64,000 bases of DNA from the human T2T-CHM13v2.0 reference genome, Homo sapiens: the NCBI RefSeq assembly GCF_009914755.1, contig NC_060929.1; one strand, 5' to 3'. Position 1 is the first letter of the stretch; each line of letters begins with the position of its first letter. Below the pieces are notes generated by a model. That model was given only the letters and a program-made list of their open reading frames with translations, made no database searches and was not told the origin of the DNA. Below, piece by piece: positions 43,400 through 57,930 of the stretch. Position numbers and translations under genes: made by a program.

Positions 43400-43890
43400 C
43401 AATTCAACAAATCTCTAATGAGCATCTATCGTGCCAGGCATGGCACGCGTTAGGTGCAGGGACACAAAAATAGCAAGACTGTGTATATTCCTGGTTTGGA
43501 GGTGGCAGGTGATAAGTACCTGTACTAATGAATGAATGAGACCATTTTAGATTCCAATGGATAGGAAGGGAGTAAGCAAAGATATACAATAGAAAGAGAC
43601 AGAGTAAGTCTGTATTTGGAGAGGATCAGGGAAGGCCTCTCTAAAGAGGTGATAATTTAGCTAAGGCTCCAGCATGAACGTGAATTGGCTCTTCAAAGAT
43701 GGAATTCTGGAAGAGCGTGCCAGGAGGAAGGAACAACATGTGTGAAGACTCTGAAGAGGTAAAGAGCTTGGCTTGTCGGAATAACTGGAAGAAAACTAAC
43801 ATGGCTGGGAATTGTGTGTCGGTGGATGATGGAGGGAATGGGTGGTGGCCTCAAATGAGGTTGAAGGGATGACAGATAATAATGGGTAAC
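43400..43890 (-). mobile_element. LINE-2 fragment
   Basis: 'attcaacaaatctctaatgagcatctatcgtgccagg...atcagggaaggcctctctaaagaggtgataattt'. Confidence 0.7.
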
Positions 43891-45151
43891 ACTTCTTAAG
43901 GACTTTTGTGTGCCAGGCACTGTTCTAAGTGCCTTTCTGGTAATACTTCCTCTAATGCTCTAGAGGAAGGACAGGAAAAATACCCAACCTGGTTCGAGTT
44001 GTATCTACAACAACTAATTATATCCATTTTACAGATGATGAAACTGAGGCTCAGAATAGTTAAGCAGGGTCAAAGTCAGGTAAGACCTAGTCTACCAGGA
44101 GTTACAATGCAATGTCTGTTCCCTGCAAAGTGAGATCAGAAAAGTTAATTTGGGGACCCTTGCCCCAATGCCTTCATTTTTCTACTTCCCTCTCCTTACG
44201 TTTTTGGTGATTTACCTTCTCACCGCCAACCCTCACTCTCCAGTTCCCACCCCTGTCAGTCATACAGTATATTAGAAAGAAGCTGAAAGGCTGAAAAACC
44301 ATAGAGGTAAGGATTCTTCTGCTCATTTGATCTCTATGCACAGCCATTTCGGTTTTGCTAAAAATTTTTCTCTTTATTTATAATGACATTTAATAAAGAT
44401 TGATTCAAGGCAGTGTGGCACAGTGATTACAGATAAGAAGTCAGATGGAGCAGGTTTGAAGGTCAGCTCTGCTGTTCTTATGTGTCCTGTAGCCTAAGAA
44501 GCTGTCTGGTATACGATACATTATTAAAGTCATAAAAATGGGTCAGGAGAGAAATACTACACTGAAAAGTTTCTTCTGTTGTGAGATAATCTTTATTCCA
44601 GAAATGTTAAAATGTGAGGGGGCTAAGCATGATGTTTTAAAACAGGAAGTAGCATGTGACAGTGGGATGTTTCCTCTAAACCTCAGGTGTCTTATCTGTA
44701 AAATGGATGCAATCACATCACCTCGCTGGGTTATTGTGAGCAGTTCTAGATCTGTGAACACAGGCGGAACAAGTATGTGCTTCAGGCCCTAGCAAGAAAG
44801 AGAAGGAAAATGTGAAAAGTTCCACTTTGATGCTTGAGTTCCAGATTTTGTAATGACACATTGGGAAAGAAGCTATTTTTCAAAATGCATGCGGATTTTA
44901 AATATTTTAATTTAGCATGTATAGTTGTTCTTATGTTGAATATGGTTGAGGGGTACAGTGGAATCTTTTCTGTGCCCATGTCTTCTAGAAGTCTTATCTA
45001 AGCCTTGTTGGGAAGAATAAATGAAATAATGCACGGTGGATGTTCAACACAGTGCCCAGTATATATCAAGGGCTGTGCAAATATAATTTTCATTATTACT
45101 ACTCCAGGTTGGGGCTTGGGTTCTCTGCTGGGGAGACAGGAAGACCCATAA

Positions 45152-45285
45152 GTAGGTGACAATCTAATTTGTCACCCAAACTGGCGCAGTTTTGAGAATG
45201 CAAGAAAGTGTTACTATTAATTAAACAACAATGATGGGCATTAACTGGGACTGTCATGGGCAAGCCAGGGTGTGTAGTTTCTGTA
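45152..45285 (+). mobile_element. MER81-like (hAT-Blackjack) MITE
   Basis: 'ggtgacaatctaatttgtcacccaaactgg...ttttgagaatg...aactgggactgtcatgggcaagccaggg'. Confidence 0.7.
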
Positions 45286-46588
45286 ACCACAAAGTCCATA
45301 TATATACTAGCTAATGGAGCATTATCAACAAACCCCACTGACCCTCCCCTCATTTCATGGCATTCAAACCCTCTCCAAGGCATGGACAATAATCTACCCA
45401 TCTGACATTTCTCTACTGTAGTTGAAGTTTCCTATAACAAAAGATCTTGCCTTGCCCATTTTATTATAATACGATTTTTTTCACAAAAATTTCAGCAGCC
45501 ATGAGGATACTGTTCTCTGTGATGTAACAGTGAAATTCCTCTCCCATCTAGGGAGAAAATACTTACATTCTAAATTATAATGTCACAAGGAGAAAAAAGA
45601 CAATTAATTTCAGACTCCACTAACCTGGGGTTTGTATGAACTTGGACAGAGCCTGGAACTGATGCTTCCTTTTGCATTAGCTATTAGTAAAATACATTTT
45701 TAAAAAGGCATTTTTTTTCTTAATGTGCATTGAAGAGAGGCCTAGATACAGTGTTTAGAGGGTGTTAAAACTACATGGTAATAATATATTTTGAGCGCTT
45801 GCTATGTCTCAAGCTAGGCTTTTATGTGTATGAATTGATCTAATTCTCCAGACAGCCCTGTAAAGTTGGTACAAAAGCAGGAGGCTGAGGCCTAGAAAGG
45901 CTTGTTTCATTTTGCACAATTATTAAGAAAACTATGGAGCCAAAAAACAACCTACTATTCTCTACTGTATCTCAAGAAAAATAAACTATTTTACTTACAG
46001 ATAATTGACATCTGAGGTTATCAGACTTACCCAGGGCATGCGGAAGAAATAAAACGACATGTAGCTCAAATTTTACCTTTACTATGAAGCCCACAGAACC
46101 TTGGACATTTAGCTTATATTCTAAGGTTAAATTTTTCATTTTTGCCTCCCCCTTGACTTTGAGCATCTTGTAGTTTTATGCACATTTGCCACACTTGGTA
46201 TCTCACACATTGCCTGGCACTCATGTCAGTGCCCATTCATTTGCTTATGCTGATTGTGGGCTGTCTATGTGGCAGGTGCTATGCTGCACGCCAGTGATAA
46301 GCAATGAGGAAGACTCACATGGGTCTTGCCCTCACTGAGCTCATCGGCTCACACCCCTAATGCGTCATCGTTCAGTGAATAGTCCTAGGAAGAGCAAACT
46401 GAGCCACCAAGTTGAAGAAGCCTTAAGTTCCCTCTAATTTGCCTCATAGTCTCTGTCAGGACACAGCCTTTAGGTTAGGGTAAGAGTGAAAGCAGGGCTC
46501 TTGACAAGGCAGGTAAAAATAGTACACTTCTCACCCCCCAGGATGTGTACTTATCATCTGAGGCACTCGTGAAAAACACAGATTTCAG

Positions 46589-46955
<367 letters not shown>

Positions 46956-47369
46956 TTATAATTTATATATTCAACAAGTATTTCCTGAGATCTTCTTATG
47001 TGGCAGGCACCATTTGGGACCTTGCAGTTCAGAAGTTAATAAGCTAGAAGTGTCCTTATTCTCAGGGAATTTACATTCCAGTGGAGAAGATGAAGAAACA
47101 GATGAATAAAGAAGATGATTGCAACTTTGAAAAAGTGTGATGAAGTAGGTGATGCGTTGAAGGATGGCCTGAAGGAAGGGGTAAGAGACTACTTTATGCA
47201 TGGAGCTGGGAGACTGGGTCAAGGGAGGCCTAAGTGAAGAAAGGACACTTGAGTTGATTCTTGAACTACGAGAATAGGCAAGTCATGCAAAGAGATGGGG
47301 AAGAGGGTCCCAGGCAAATATTCTGAAAGATTGTCATGTTCAAAGAATAGAAGGGAGACCAGTTGTGGG

Positions 47370-47747
<378 letters not shown>

Positions 47748-48622
47748 CTATCTTCTAGGCCATGGAAAACCGTGATCCTTGCTCTACACTTTGAGAATGA
47801 GAAATATTGACCCAATGACTCTGCCTCAGCCAAAGAAATGGGCTCCCAGGAATTTTAGCTTCATGCCTTTCCACCTTCCCAGCATTAACTGTCAGAGTAG
47901 CTGCCATGTAGCCGTCTTCCATGCAGCCATCTTTCTCTGTCACTCCCATTACCTGAGGGCTAAGAGCAAGTGTTTGGTGAGGAGCTGTGACAGACAGTCA
48001 ACACAGTCACCTCATAAACAGGTTATGGCTCACTAAGTAAGTGGTATAACACTCTTTTGGAAGCCCCAGTGTCCTGAGGAAGAGAGAACAGCTGTTTCCT
48101 CTGCTCTCATTAAGGACTTAAGCCTTCTTCATATTGAAGAGCTTCCATAAACAAAGCTAGAGATTACTGGACATTCCCACAAAAATTATTTGTGTAACTG
48201 AAATGTGTCTGTATAAAGGGGAGCTCTTGGTGTTGGCAAATGGCATAACAAATGTTCTCTCCTGAGGCCTGGAGGGGGCCAGAAGGCCAGAGCAGGTTCC
48301 CAAGCGACATGGGATTGTCCTTCCTGGATTAACTTAATTCTAAGAGATGAGTCTTGAACTTGAGGAAGTGAGCCTCCACCTCAAACTTCTGATCCACCAC
48401 TGATTTTATCCTGCATGTGTCTTCTTTCTGGGCAGCTCTGGGTCTCTTTTGAATTAGAAATGCATGCTTGATTTATCTTTCCCAAGTGGCAGCACACTAT
48501 TCTTCTTGGGTTGTTCTTGCCTTTGAAACCTTTTTATATTCCCCCAAATGGAAGATTATGGAGAACTCTGGAATCTTCCAGAGAATGCAGGTGACATTAG
48601 ATGGTTCTTCCTAAAAAGTCTT

Positions 48623-48929
48623 TTGTAAACACTGTGTTATATATCTTTTAGACTCAGGCAAGTCCTCCATCTTTGTCTCTGAGAACAGCCCTGTCCTTTG
48701 GCTGCCATGTCTATAAAATGGGATCCTTGCCTTCCAGGTGGCTATGTTGTGAATGTGTCCCCCAAATTTCATGTGTAACAAATCCCTTGTAAACATTGTG
48801 TTATATATCTTTTAGGCTCAGGCAAGTCCTCCCTCATTGTCTCATGTCCTTTGGCTGCCATGTCTGTAAAAAGGGATCCTTGCCTTCCAGGTGGCTGTGG
48901 TGTGAATGTGTCACCCAAAATTCATGTGT
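48623..48929. repeat. Tandem duplication of ~150 bp
   Basis: 48623-48776 and 48787-48929 are direct copies separated by aacaaatccc. Confidence 0.95.
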
Positions 48930-49264
48930 TGGAAACTTAATCCCCAGTGCAACGGTGTTGGGAGGGGGGATCTGCAAGAAGTGATTAGGTCATGAGGCTC
49001 TGCCTCATGAATGGATTAGTGTCGTTTTTGTGGGAGTGGGATCCCGATAGTAAGCATGAGTTTTGCCCATTTTTTTCTCTTTCTTTGTCTCTCTTCTCTT
49101 TCACCTTCTGCCATGGAATGATGCAGCAAGAAAGCCCTCATCAGATTTGATCTCTTTGACCTTGGACTTCCCAGCCAACAGAACTATAAGAAATTGATCT
49201 CTAATCTTTATAAGTTACCCAGTCTCAGGTATTCTGTCATAGCAGCACAAAACAGACTAAGACA
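48893..49264 (+). mobile_element. MaLR solo LTR (MSTB-like)
   Basis: 'gaatgtgtcacccaaaattcatgtgttggaaacttaatcccc...cccagtctcaggtattctgtcatagcagcacaaaacagactaagaca'. Confidence 0.9.
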
Positions 49265-50100
49265 CTAGCCAAGGCTGACTGGATGAGGTATGAACAAGTG
49301 ACTCAATATGAGCCAATCAGATTATGTCCTGAAAGCTTGACAGGGAGATTCAGAGATGCCAGACCTTTCCCTGCTGGCTGCTAGAAAAAAAAAAAAAGAC
49401 ATTGAACTCTAGATCTGTGCTGTCTGGTTTGGTAGCCACTAGACAGTGGCCATCTGAAATGTGACCAATCCAAATTGAAATATGCTATAAACGAAACTAC
49501 AGATTGGATTTCAAAGACTTAATATAAAGAAAAAATTCAGAACACTATCTCATTAAATTTTTTATATTAAGTTACATGTTAAATGATATTATAAATATAT
49601 AGATTAAAATATATTTTTAATATTAATTTTACTTTATTCGGCTTCTTTTAAATGTGGCTACTAGATGCAAAAGATACAATTACATTTGCAACTCACAAAT
49701 GTACTTCCATCAGCATGTGCAGCTCTTGATCTTGTCCCATGTGCCTGGAGAAAGAAAACCAATCTACAGAGAAAGAAGGATGGAACAAATGATCAGAGAG
49801 ATGCAGATAAAAATGAACATGTGTCTCTGAAGAGAGTTAGAGGAGAGAGAAAGAAAGAAAATAAAGAGAAGGAGTGGGGTGAATGGGGGGACAGAAGAGT
49901 TAGAATAAGGCAGAAGTTAAGTGACAGAAAGATTCTGCCTGGGTTTCTGATGACATTTCATTTCTTGGTTTCAGTCCATGGAGATGACTGTCAGCACTTC
50001 CTATCCCTGGGTTTCAAGAGACACCTCCATGCTCTTATATAATACATTCTCCTTTTTTTGGTTTAAGTGTATTTCAGCTTACTTGCAACTAAAATATATA
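49265..50100 (+). mobile_element. Old MaLR LTR (MLT1J/K-like) interrupted by MER33
   Basis: 'caagtgactcaatatgagccaatcaga' and 'tacattctcctttttttggtttaag...ttacttgcaactaaaa'. Confidence 0.55.
49415..49722 (+). mobile_element. MER33-like hAT-Charlie MITE
   Basis: 'ctgtgctgtc...ggtagccactag...ggatttcaaagacttaa...tttaaatgtggctactaga'; 8-bp TSD ctctagat / ctcttgat (49407-49414 / 49723-49730) fits the Charlie NTCTAGAN target. Confidence 0.85.
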
Positions 50101-50908
50101 CTTCTTATACTTCTAAGACATAATGATCGATAGATTGCTGAAATGTAAGAAGGTTAAAGAGTCTAGATATCATGATTCAGTGTAGGGCAGACCCCTGGTG
50201 CATAGGCTACCACTTTCTTATCCCATACTGCATTAGACACTGCTACTCAATCACAACCTTATGTGTGATCTTATAATCTTTTCAATGCTAGATCTTTGGC
50301 CAGCCACCACCAATAGACAAGAGAAATGTCATATGAGGAAAATCCTATTTGTCGTTCTTGGGAAAAATCATTGAGGTAGATGTCATAGGAGACACAGGTT
50401 TTTGGTCTTGCTGAAACATGAACTTGTTTTGCCTTTAGTGAAATCATTTTCCTTCTCTGAACCTCAGTTACCTAGTTCATAAAATGGCAATCATAATCAT
50501 ATCTACCCACAGGGTTGTTGTGAGAAGGAGATATAGTAATAGAAATGAAAGCCTTTGGGAAACAGAAGCACAGGTGTGTGTTGCTATTCTGACTGAAGCC
50601 CTCGGCATTCAGAGCCAAGTTAAGTCACACCTCCTTTCAACTTAGCCTCAAGACTAAGGAGAAGGACCCTACCATAAGTACCTAGGCTTTGGACGCAATT
50701 CCCAGTAACTCTAGTAAATTAAAGGAGGTTGTTTCTAGAAGCCAGCCGGGCACATCAATTTCATGTCTTCTTGTTTTAATTTTCTGCACAGAGGATGTTG
50801 GCACTAAGAGGCAGGACTTGACAAAGAAGATTTGGGGAAATGACTCATTTGGAATTTGTTGGCGTCTGAAACTGGTGAAACTTCAGCCTTTGGAACAACA
50901 AAAAAAGT

Positions 50909-50914
<6 letters not shown>

Positions 50915-50960
<46 letters not shown>
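50915..50960. repeat. (GT)23 microsatellite
   Basis: Direct reading. Confidence 0.98.
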
Positions 50961-50964
<4 letters not shown>

Positions 50965-51429
50965 AAGTACTCTGCTGTCCCTGCAGCATGTAGAAAGCAG
51001 TTCTCAGGGAGGGAGGGCACAATATAACTGGTTCTGGGTGAACATAAGTGATGTTTTTTCTACAGCAGTTACAGTGTTTGCTGAAGGGACAGGACTATGG
51101 ATTCAGGCAAATGAAATGTATCCATAATTATGGCAAGAATGTAGGGCAGGCAGGTTTTATTTCAAATGGTCATTTCTGCTTGCTTGATAAGTGTAATCAG
51201 ACTTATGAAATTATATAGTTTAATTTAAAGTTCTGAAAAAAATATGCCCACCACACCCACAATGCACTGCTTTCCTTCCTCAAGCCAAAAGGAGACTGTC
51301 ATTGTGACCATTTCTGAATTATTTACATGGCCAAAGAAATGTATCTGTCAAATAGTGTCCGTCTTTCCATGCCCTGGCTTCAACAGCCTCTTATCCTAAG
51401 AGAAGCCATAAATTAACACAGTGAATAAT

Positions 51430-51640
51430 TCTGATAGTACCTAACAGTTATGTGGCACTTAAAATTTGCCTCATACTGTCCCAAGCACTTTGCATATATT
51501 CATTTAATTTAATCCTTACAACAACTTAAACAGGTAGGGACTATTATTATCCCCATTTTATAGATAAAAAAACTGAGGCAAAGAGAGATTAGGTAATTTG
51601 CCCACAATCCCACAGCTGGTAAGCAAAAGAGGTCATACTC
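51430..51640 (-). mobile_element. MIR
   Basis: 'tttaatccttacaacaac...ctattattatccccattttatagat...aaactgaggcaaagagagattaggtaatttgccca'. Confidence 0.85.
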
Positions 51641-53129
51641 TTAATGACCCTGTAAAGACCTAGTCCACTAGACAGGGAGAAGTAAATTCCAGAGCTGTTA
51701 TGAAGGAAAGATCAGTTATACTCAGATCAGAAATAGCAGTGCAGAATGTCAGATGGAAAAGGAAGTCAGTGACCATGCAGCCCTCCTGACTTATTTTAGA
51801 AATGAGGAAACTGAGGTCCAGAAATGTTAAGTGAATTGCCCAAGGTCATGTAAAGAGTAAGTCACAGAGCCAAAGAGATAATTCAAGTTTCCTGACTCCT
51901 ATTCTATTGTCGATCCAATGATGTCCTCACAGCCTGTGGGCCTGAGGGTAAGTGCTGTCCAAAGGCTGCCCATGAACTTGCATTTTAGGTCTGATAGAAT
52001 TCTTCCTGTTCCTTTGCTTTGACTGATCTTTCCTGAATAGGGTGAACTGAGGTTCCCATCTCAGAGTTCAAATGCCGTTTTAGACTTCCCTCTTTTGTCT
52101 GGCACTGCCATCAGCCCACCCTTCACATGCCCATCAGATTGCTTTTCTCACAGCACTACTTGACAATTCACCTCTCCTCTGTCTCCTCTAGGATGTACTT
52201 CTAGGTACAGAGGGCCACATTCCTGGGCCACAGTGATTGGTGCAGGGTTATGTTTGTGACCTCAGCTGAGTCAATGACATTTGATCCTGGATCTTAGCAA
52301 AGAGTAAGGGGTTGCTAAGCTCATAGGATAGAAGCCTGGTGGGCCACCTGAGACCCTGTCTAGGAATAAGCAACACAGTGGCAAGCAGTACCAACAGAGA
52401 GAAAGTAGGGATTCCCAACGACATGGAACTACCAAGGGGCTTCTCTATTATGTCACCAATATATTCCATTTTTTTTGCTGAAGCCAAATTGAGTTGGATT
52501 TTTAAGAACTTACAACCAAACAACTCTGAGAATATTTCCTGTTTTAAAACAGAGGAATATATTGGTATTTTCTCAAGTTTGTTCCCAGGCTTTCCACTAA
52601 TTGCATAAATATTGAGTATGCACCATAAGTAAGTATAGGTAACAAAGACCAAGAAAGATGAATAGGGAGCAGTCCTTTCTCTTAAGGGCTTAGTGGTCTA
52701 GTAGTGAAGCCAAGACTCACATATATTGTCTATCACACAAAGTAGAACATAAGGAGTGGCCTGAGAAAGATGCAGACTGTACACTGTGAAGATATAAAGG
52801 AGGAAGAATCCACACTGAATTAGAGAGCAGAGTGGAACATTTCTTATAGTATACAGGATTTGAGATAGATTTGAAGATTGGGGAGGAACAAGGAGACTTT
52901 CAGACAAAGAAGCCAACATCAATTAAAATGTAGAAATGGAAACTTTCTGCAAATAAAAAGGGAATAAATTGATAGTCTAGTTTATTTGGAGTGTATATTT
53001 CAAGAGAAAAAGAAGCAGGAAATTAAATTTGTTGTGTCCAGTAAGGCACAATGTGGACATATTAATGTTATATTGATTAAAGTCTTCCCACCTAGAATGG
53101 GCAGTTGTATGTGCAACACTTGAAATGTT

Positions 53130-53290
53130 TTTTGAATGAATGAGTGACTGTTTTCCTTTTCCCCACTAAACAGAAGCTCTGTGAAGGCAGGAACCTTGCT
53201 CATCTTGATCTCTGTTTTATCCCCAGTTCCTAGCACAATGTTTGGCACAGAGTGGATGCTCAATAAATATTTATTGAACAAATGAATGAA
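53130..53290 (+). mobile_element. LINE-2 3' end
   Basis: 'tatccccagttcctagcacaatgtttggcacagagtggatgctcaataaatatttattgaacaaatgaatgaat'. Confidence 0.85.
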
Positions 53291-53656
53291 TATTATAGAC
53301 ATCTTTTAATCTCAGACCAAGGACTTTGTCTCTAACCAAACAGATAAAGGAGAGTCCTCAAAGATTTTCAAGAAAATCCAATCTTTAAAGAGCACCTACT
53401 ATGTGTCATCCCCTCTGCAGATTTGTGAAGGATCAGGAGTTGCTTTAGGAAGGAAGACTGGGTAGCAGTAAAGAGGAAAGAAGAGAAATTGGAGTAAGAG
53501 TCAGCTAACATCACCACTAACCCATATTGAAAGTTATTTGAACCTGCTCTTAAAGAGAGTGTTATGAGAATGGAAAGGAGAGAACAACTGTGGAAGTAAA
53601 ATGTCAGGATTTGGTCCCAGTCACAGAAAAGAAGCAGGGAGGAAGATCTGATGGAT

Positions 53657-53997
53657 GGTGTGGCAAATTGTATCGTCCACAGATAACTACAACAGGATCT
53701 TCTTTCCCACCACATCATAAAGTCAGGTTCCACTGCTCTTGGTTCTGAGAGGGCTAATCATTTTTGTAGGTAACCAAGAGAACATGGTGGAAGTGATATT
53801 ACATGACTTCTGATGGAAAGTCACAGGAAGTGACTTAGCTTCTGTCTTGCTGTCTGGAATAATTCCACCCTTGAACCTTTAGTCACCATGTAAACAGCCT
53901 GACAGTCCAGAGGCTACCATGCTGCAAGGAAGCCCAAACTTTCCATCCATGGAGAGGCCACAAAGGGAGGCCTTGTGACCACACTTGGAGATAGATA

Positions 53998-54043
<46 letters not shown>

Positions 54044-54190
54044 ATGCCTTGAACAGACCCAACACGTGCAGCCCCTCTCACTGTTTCAGCACCAGCCTCA
54101 TTTATAGACCCTAGGGAAGAACCATCCAGCTGAGCACTTCCTGAATTTCTGGCCCACAGAAACCATGAGAGATAATAGATGTATTTAGTT
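53657..54190 (+). mobile_element. MaLR solo LTR (MLT1F/G-like) with (GA)n
   Basis: 'ggaagtgatattacatgacttctga...ccatgctgcaaggaagcccaaact...cccacagaaaccatgagagataata'. Confidence 0.8.
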
Positions 54191-54283
54191 CTGGTCATGG
54201 TGAGTGTAAGTTTACAAATGGTCCTGCAGACATGATATCCAGCTGTCTGTTGGAAATATGGATCTGGCATGTGTACAACAATA

Positions 54284-54601
54284 GCAACAATTTCCCTAGA
54301 GAATATGTGCGGAAATTGAATTGCTAGGTAATAAGATATGCATATCTTTATCTTTTTATGATAATGCCAATTTGTTTTCCAGAGCAGCTGTTCCAATCAT
54401 CACTCCCAGCAGCCAAGTATGAGTGTTCCTGTTGCTCTACTTCCTTGGCAACATTTGATTTGATCGGATTTTTTAACATTTGCTAATCTTGTGGGTACAA
54501 AATTGTGGTTTTAATTTTTCACAAGTCTTGTCTGTTTAGGCCAGAGGTCATAAGCCAGCTGTGCCTGGCTGGATGAGGTCTTCTGTCTGGATGTCATCCA
54601 C
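54284..54601 (+). repeat. Dispersed direct copy of 57407-57723
   Basis: Colinear alignment, about 43 differences in 318 bp by hand count (~86%). Confidence 0.95.
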
Positions 54602-57299
54602 TGAAGTAGATTTGAGGGGCATTTGAAGAGAGGTGCTTCTGGAAGTTATAGGAATAGATGGAGTTGTCAATTCAGAGAATGTAGCCAGAAGAAGGCAGGC
54701 TCAGGGCCACATGTGGTTGGATGAGGAAGAGGAGTTGGTGTAAATGGAAGAGATGTTACATAATTAGATGTTGCCTAATGTAAAAATAAGTAGTTACAAT
54801 AATTATTAGTTGGCTCATATGTTTATTGTGTGCCTCCCCTGGCTAGACCATCAGGTCCATAAGAGAAGTGATCAAGTCTGTTTTGCTGCATTAATAAGTG
54901 CATTAATCAGGCTTGCTAACCTAATAAACTACCCAATCATCTCAGAGGCTTTCAGCAACAAGCATTTATTTTTTCATCCCTGTAACACTCATGCTCCCCT
55001 GCAGGTCGGCTGTGGTTCTGTTCTGGGCAGCATTCTGTTCCATGTGTCTTCTCATTCTAGGTCTGGTGGAGAGAACAGCCTTTGTCTGGGACATGCAGTT
55101 CTCAGGAAAGAGGGGGAGAAGCAAAACATCTACAGAAACTGGCAATGCCTCTTAAAGCTTCTGCCTACATGTGGCTCATATCGTGCCTGTTCTAATTGTA
55201 TTGACCAAAGCTTGACATGTGGCCAAGCCCAAAGTAATCCCCAGAAAGCACAAGTTACACAGCAATGGGTGAATGTGGGTGGTGAATAATTGCAAGCAAT
55301 AACTCACCTCTTCATTCAAAGTAATGCCAGTGCCTAGCACAATCACTTGCACTTAGATCATAAAAGCAGATTATGCAGTATTTTCAACCTTTTTTCATGG
55401 AAAATTTTGCAGACACCTGTCTCAGTTGTGGATCCTGCAAGATAATTCATCTGCCCATAGTTCCAGGATGCTTTCATTCTGCATGCATCTCCTGAACCCC
55501 ACCCCTCTTTGCTTGCTAGTTTCATTTAGAGCTCTTAAATGGGACCTATTTGGTATGAGGTTATGCTCCTTGCTGAGCTCTTGGCAAATCAAAAAGCTGC
55601 AAAGATGACAGCAACTATAAAAACCACGTGTCTGTGTGGTAAGGAACAAGCCATTCTCCACATCTTTTGCTGGGAGCAAGGTCAGGCCACATTCTTCCAG
55701 GGCATGGAGATGGCATTGCCAAACTGACTGTGGATATTAAGGGGTTTCAGATGAGGAGAAAAGGGAGTGAGGTCACCTCTGAAAATGCTGGTGTGGTGTA
55801 ATTTGGAAACATTCATGCAAACCATGTTTGTTAGCTTTTTTATTTTTAATCCAAACTAATGAAAAACTGAAGGGAAACGAGATGTTCCATGAGATTTAGC
55901 CAAACACTAAATAGGTCTTGTGGACTCTGACTGCAAAATTAGTTATAGAGGGCTTTTGGCAAAAACCATTATTGAAATTAAAATACTGCTTGCCTGTCCC
56001 TAAAAAGTGTTGATGCCAATTGTGAAGCCTCTGGTGGGCTATTGCAGGAGCCCCTGTTGCTGTCCCATTCATAATTACCTAAGAGATGAAAATTTTAAAA
56101 AGTTTAACTGTAGCATATGAGCTATGCTTAGTTGGGGTTTCTGGCCAAGGCACCAAGGATCAAACAGCAAGGACAGAAAATTTTAAGTTAGATTCTGAAA
56201 TATTTGTGTGTCTATGTGGTATATGTATATGTGTGAGTACATATACACACACATACACCCATATATAGATATATGGAAATGGCATAGAGAGGAAACAATT
56301 TGTGAATTGGAAACCACAAGAAAAGCCATCATTGAATGGTTATAATACTTTCTTGCATGGAGCTGAGTAGCGCGCATGAATTTGTCTAGCTTTAATATCT
56401 GAAGATATTTTGGGTAATGAACTCTGATCCTCTGAATGTCTGGACTTAACCTCTGGTCCTTCAGCGTAGGCAGAAGGGGAATATTTGAGCTTAATATTCT
56501 CTTCCTTCTAACTGATTGGTAGTTTAGTAGAATGTCATGTTAATACAGTGAAAGCCTGTGGGTTAAATCCAGTTCATTTTATTTTGACATTTAGATTTCA
56601 TACATCATTCTGGCTTGCTTGTCAACCATCTTGAAAATTGGGTGGAAGGATGAACTCAGACTTTTCCCTCATTGCAAACAAGCTTTCCAGTGTGAATGCA
56701 CCATGCTGCAGCCACAATGAGCTCCTCTCCATCCCTCTGAGCAGGTTAAGCTGTTTGCATGCTCAGAGTCCTTGCAGGGCTGTTCCCTCTACCTCATATG
56801 TTCTTTTCTCCTTTCCTGGCTAACTTCACAGACCTCAATTTAATTGTCCCTTCTACAGAGAGGACTTTTGTAACCCTTTATAGTCCTCCCTATTCCGTCT
56901 AAGCTATGTTCCTCCTCCATTGTGTTCTCATAGCATCCTGTTCTTTTCACCATTTATACATCTCTATTTGTTTATTTGATTGTTTAACATTGTCTCTTCT
57001 ACCACACTGTAAGGACAGGGGCAATATCTGGTTTGTCACAGCATCCTCAGCATCTATCAGAATATCTGGCATATGGATGGTCTGTAAATAGTTGCTGAAT
57101 GAATAAAGGTTACACTAACAATGGGTTAGTAATATCTAGGATTGCTTCACATTAGAGATGAGAAGATCTTAGAGGCCTTAGAAGAAAGATCTTACTTAGA
57201 AGTGTATACCCAACCCTTCAAGACACCAGATCCATGTTAATTGATAGCACTTTAGTTATTTTTATTCTGTTCTATGATTATGCCAAAGCTTATTTAATC

Positions 57300-57640
57300 T
57301 TTTAATTGGCATTTGATTTGTTTTCAGTTTCTTGCCATAATAAACAATGCAGCTATGAACATTCTTGTATGTTCTTTATATGTTATATGTTTCTTCGTGC
57401 ACATTTGCAACAATTTCCCTAGAGAATATGCCAAAAATAGAATTGCTAGGTAATGAGATATGCATTTCCTTATCTTTACAAGATAATGCCAATTTGCATT
57501 CCAGAGCAGCTGTTCCAATCATCATTCCCAGGAGCTGAATATGAGCGTTCCTGTTGCTCCACTTCCTTGGCAACATCTGATTTGATCAGATTTGTTAACA
57601 TGTGCTAATCACATGGCTGCAAAATGGTGGCTTTAATTTT
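57300..57640 (-). mobile_element. Old L1 (L1ME-like) fragment
   Basis: 'aaacaatgcagctatgaacattcttgta...agaattgctagg'; minus-strand peptide ..RMFIAALF.. is the L1 ORF2 C-terminus. Confidence 0.8.
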
Positions 57641-57663
57641 TCACAGGTCTAACCTGTTTAGGC

Positions 57664-57930
57664 CAGAGGTTGTAAGCCAGCTGTTCATGACTGGATGAGG
57701 TCTGCAGTCTGGATGCCATCCACAGACCTAAAGAATGTTTTTTGAGCCTAAAAATTGAATTAGTTGCCAACATTTAAAAACTGGAAGACTTCATTTCAGA
57801 ATCTGGATCTCTTTATTTTCTTGGGGAGTAAAAATCACTACACAGGGCTGGTATTCACACAGGACAACAACTGACAGTAGTTGAGTAACAGCTGCCTCTG
57901 CTTGTCAGGCAGGAAATGTGCTTTGGAATT
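57664..57930 (+). mobile_element. MER102-like hAT-Charlie MITE
   Basis: Start 'cagaggttg'; 'ttgaattagttgccaacatttaaaaactggaaga...aatctggat...gagtaacagctgcc'. Confidence 0.75.

Noticed and set aside
53914-55289. 160-aa and 159-aa ORFs
   Set aside because: They run through L1, L2 and MLT1 remnants and a (GA)n tract; no coherent domain.
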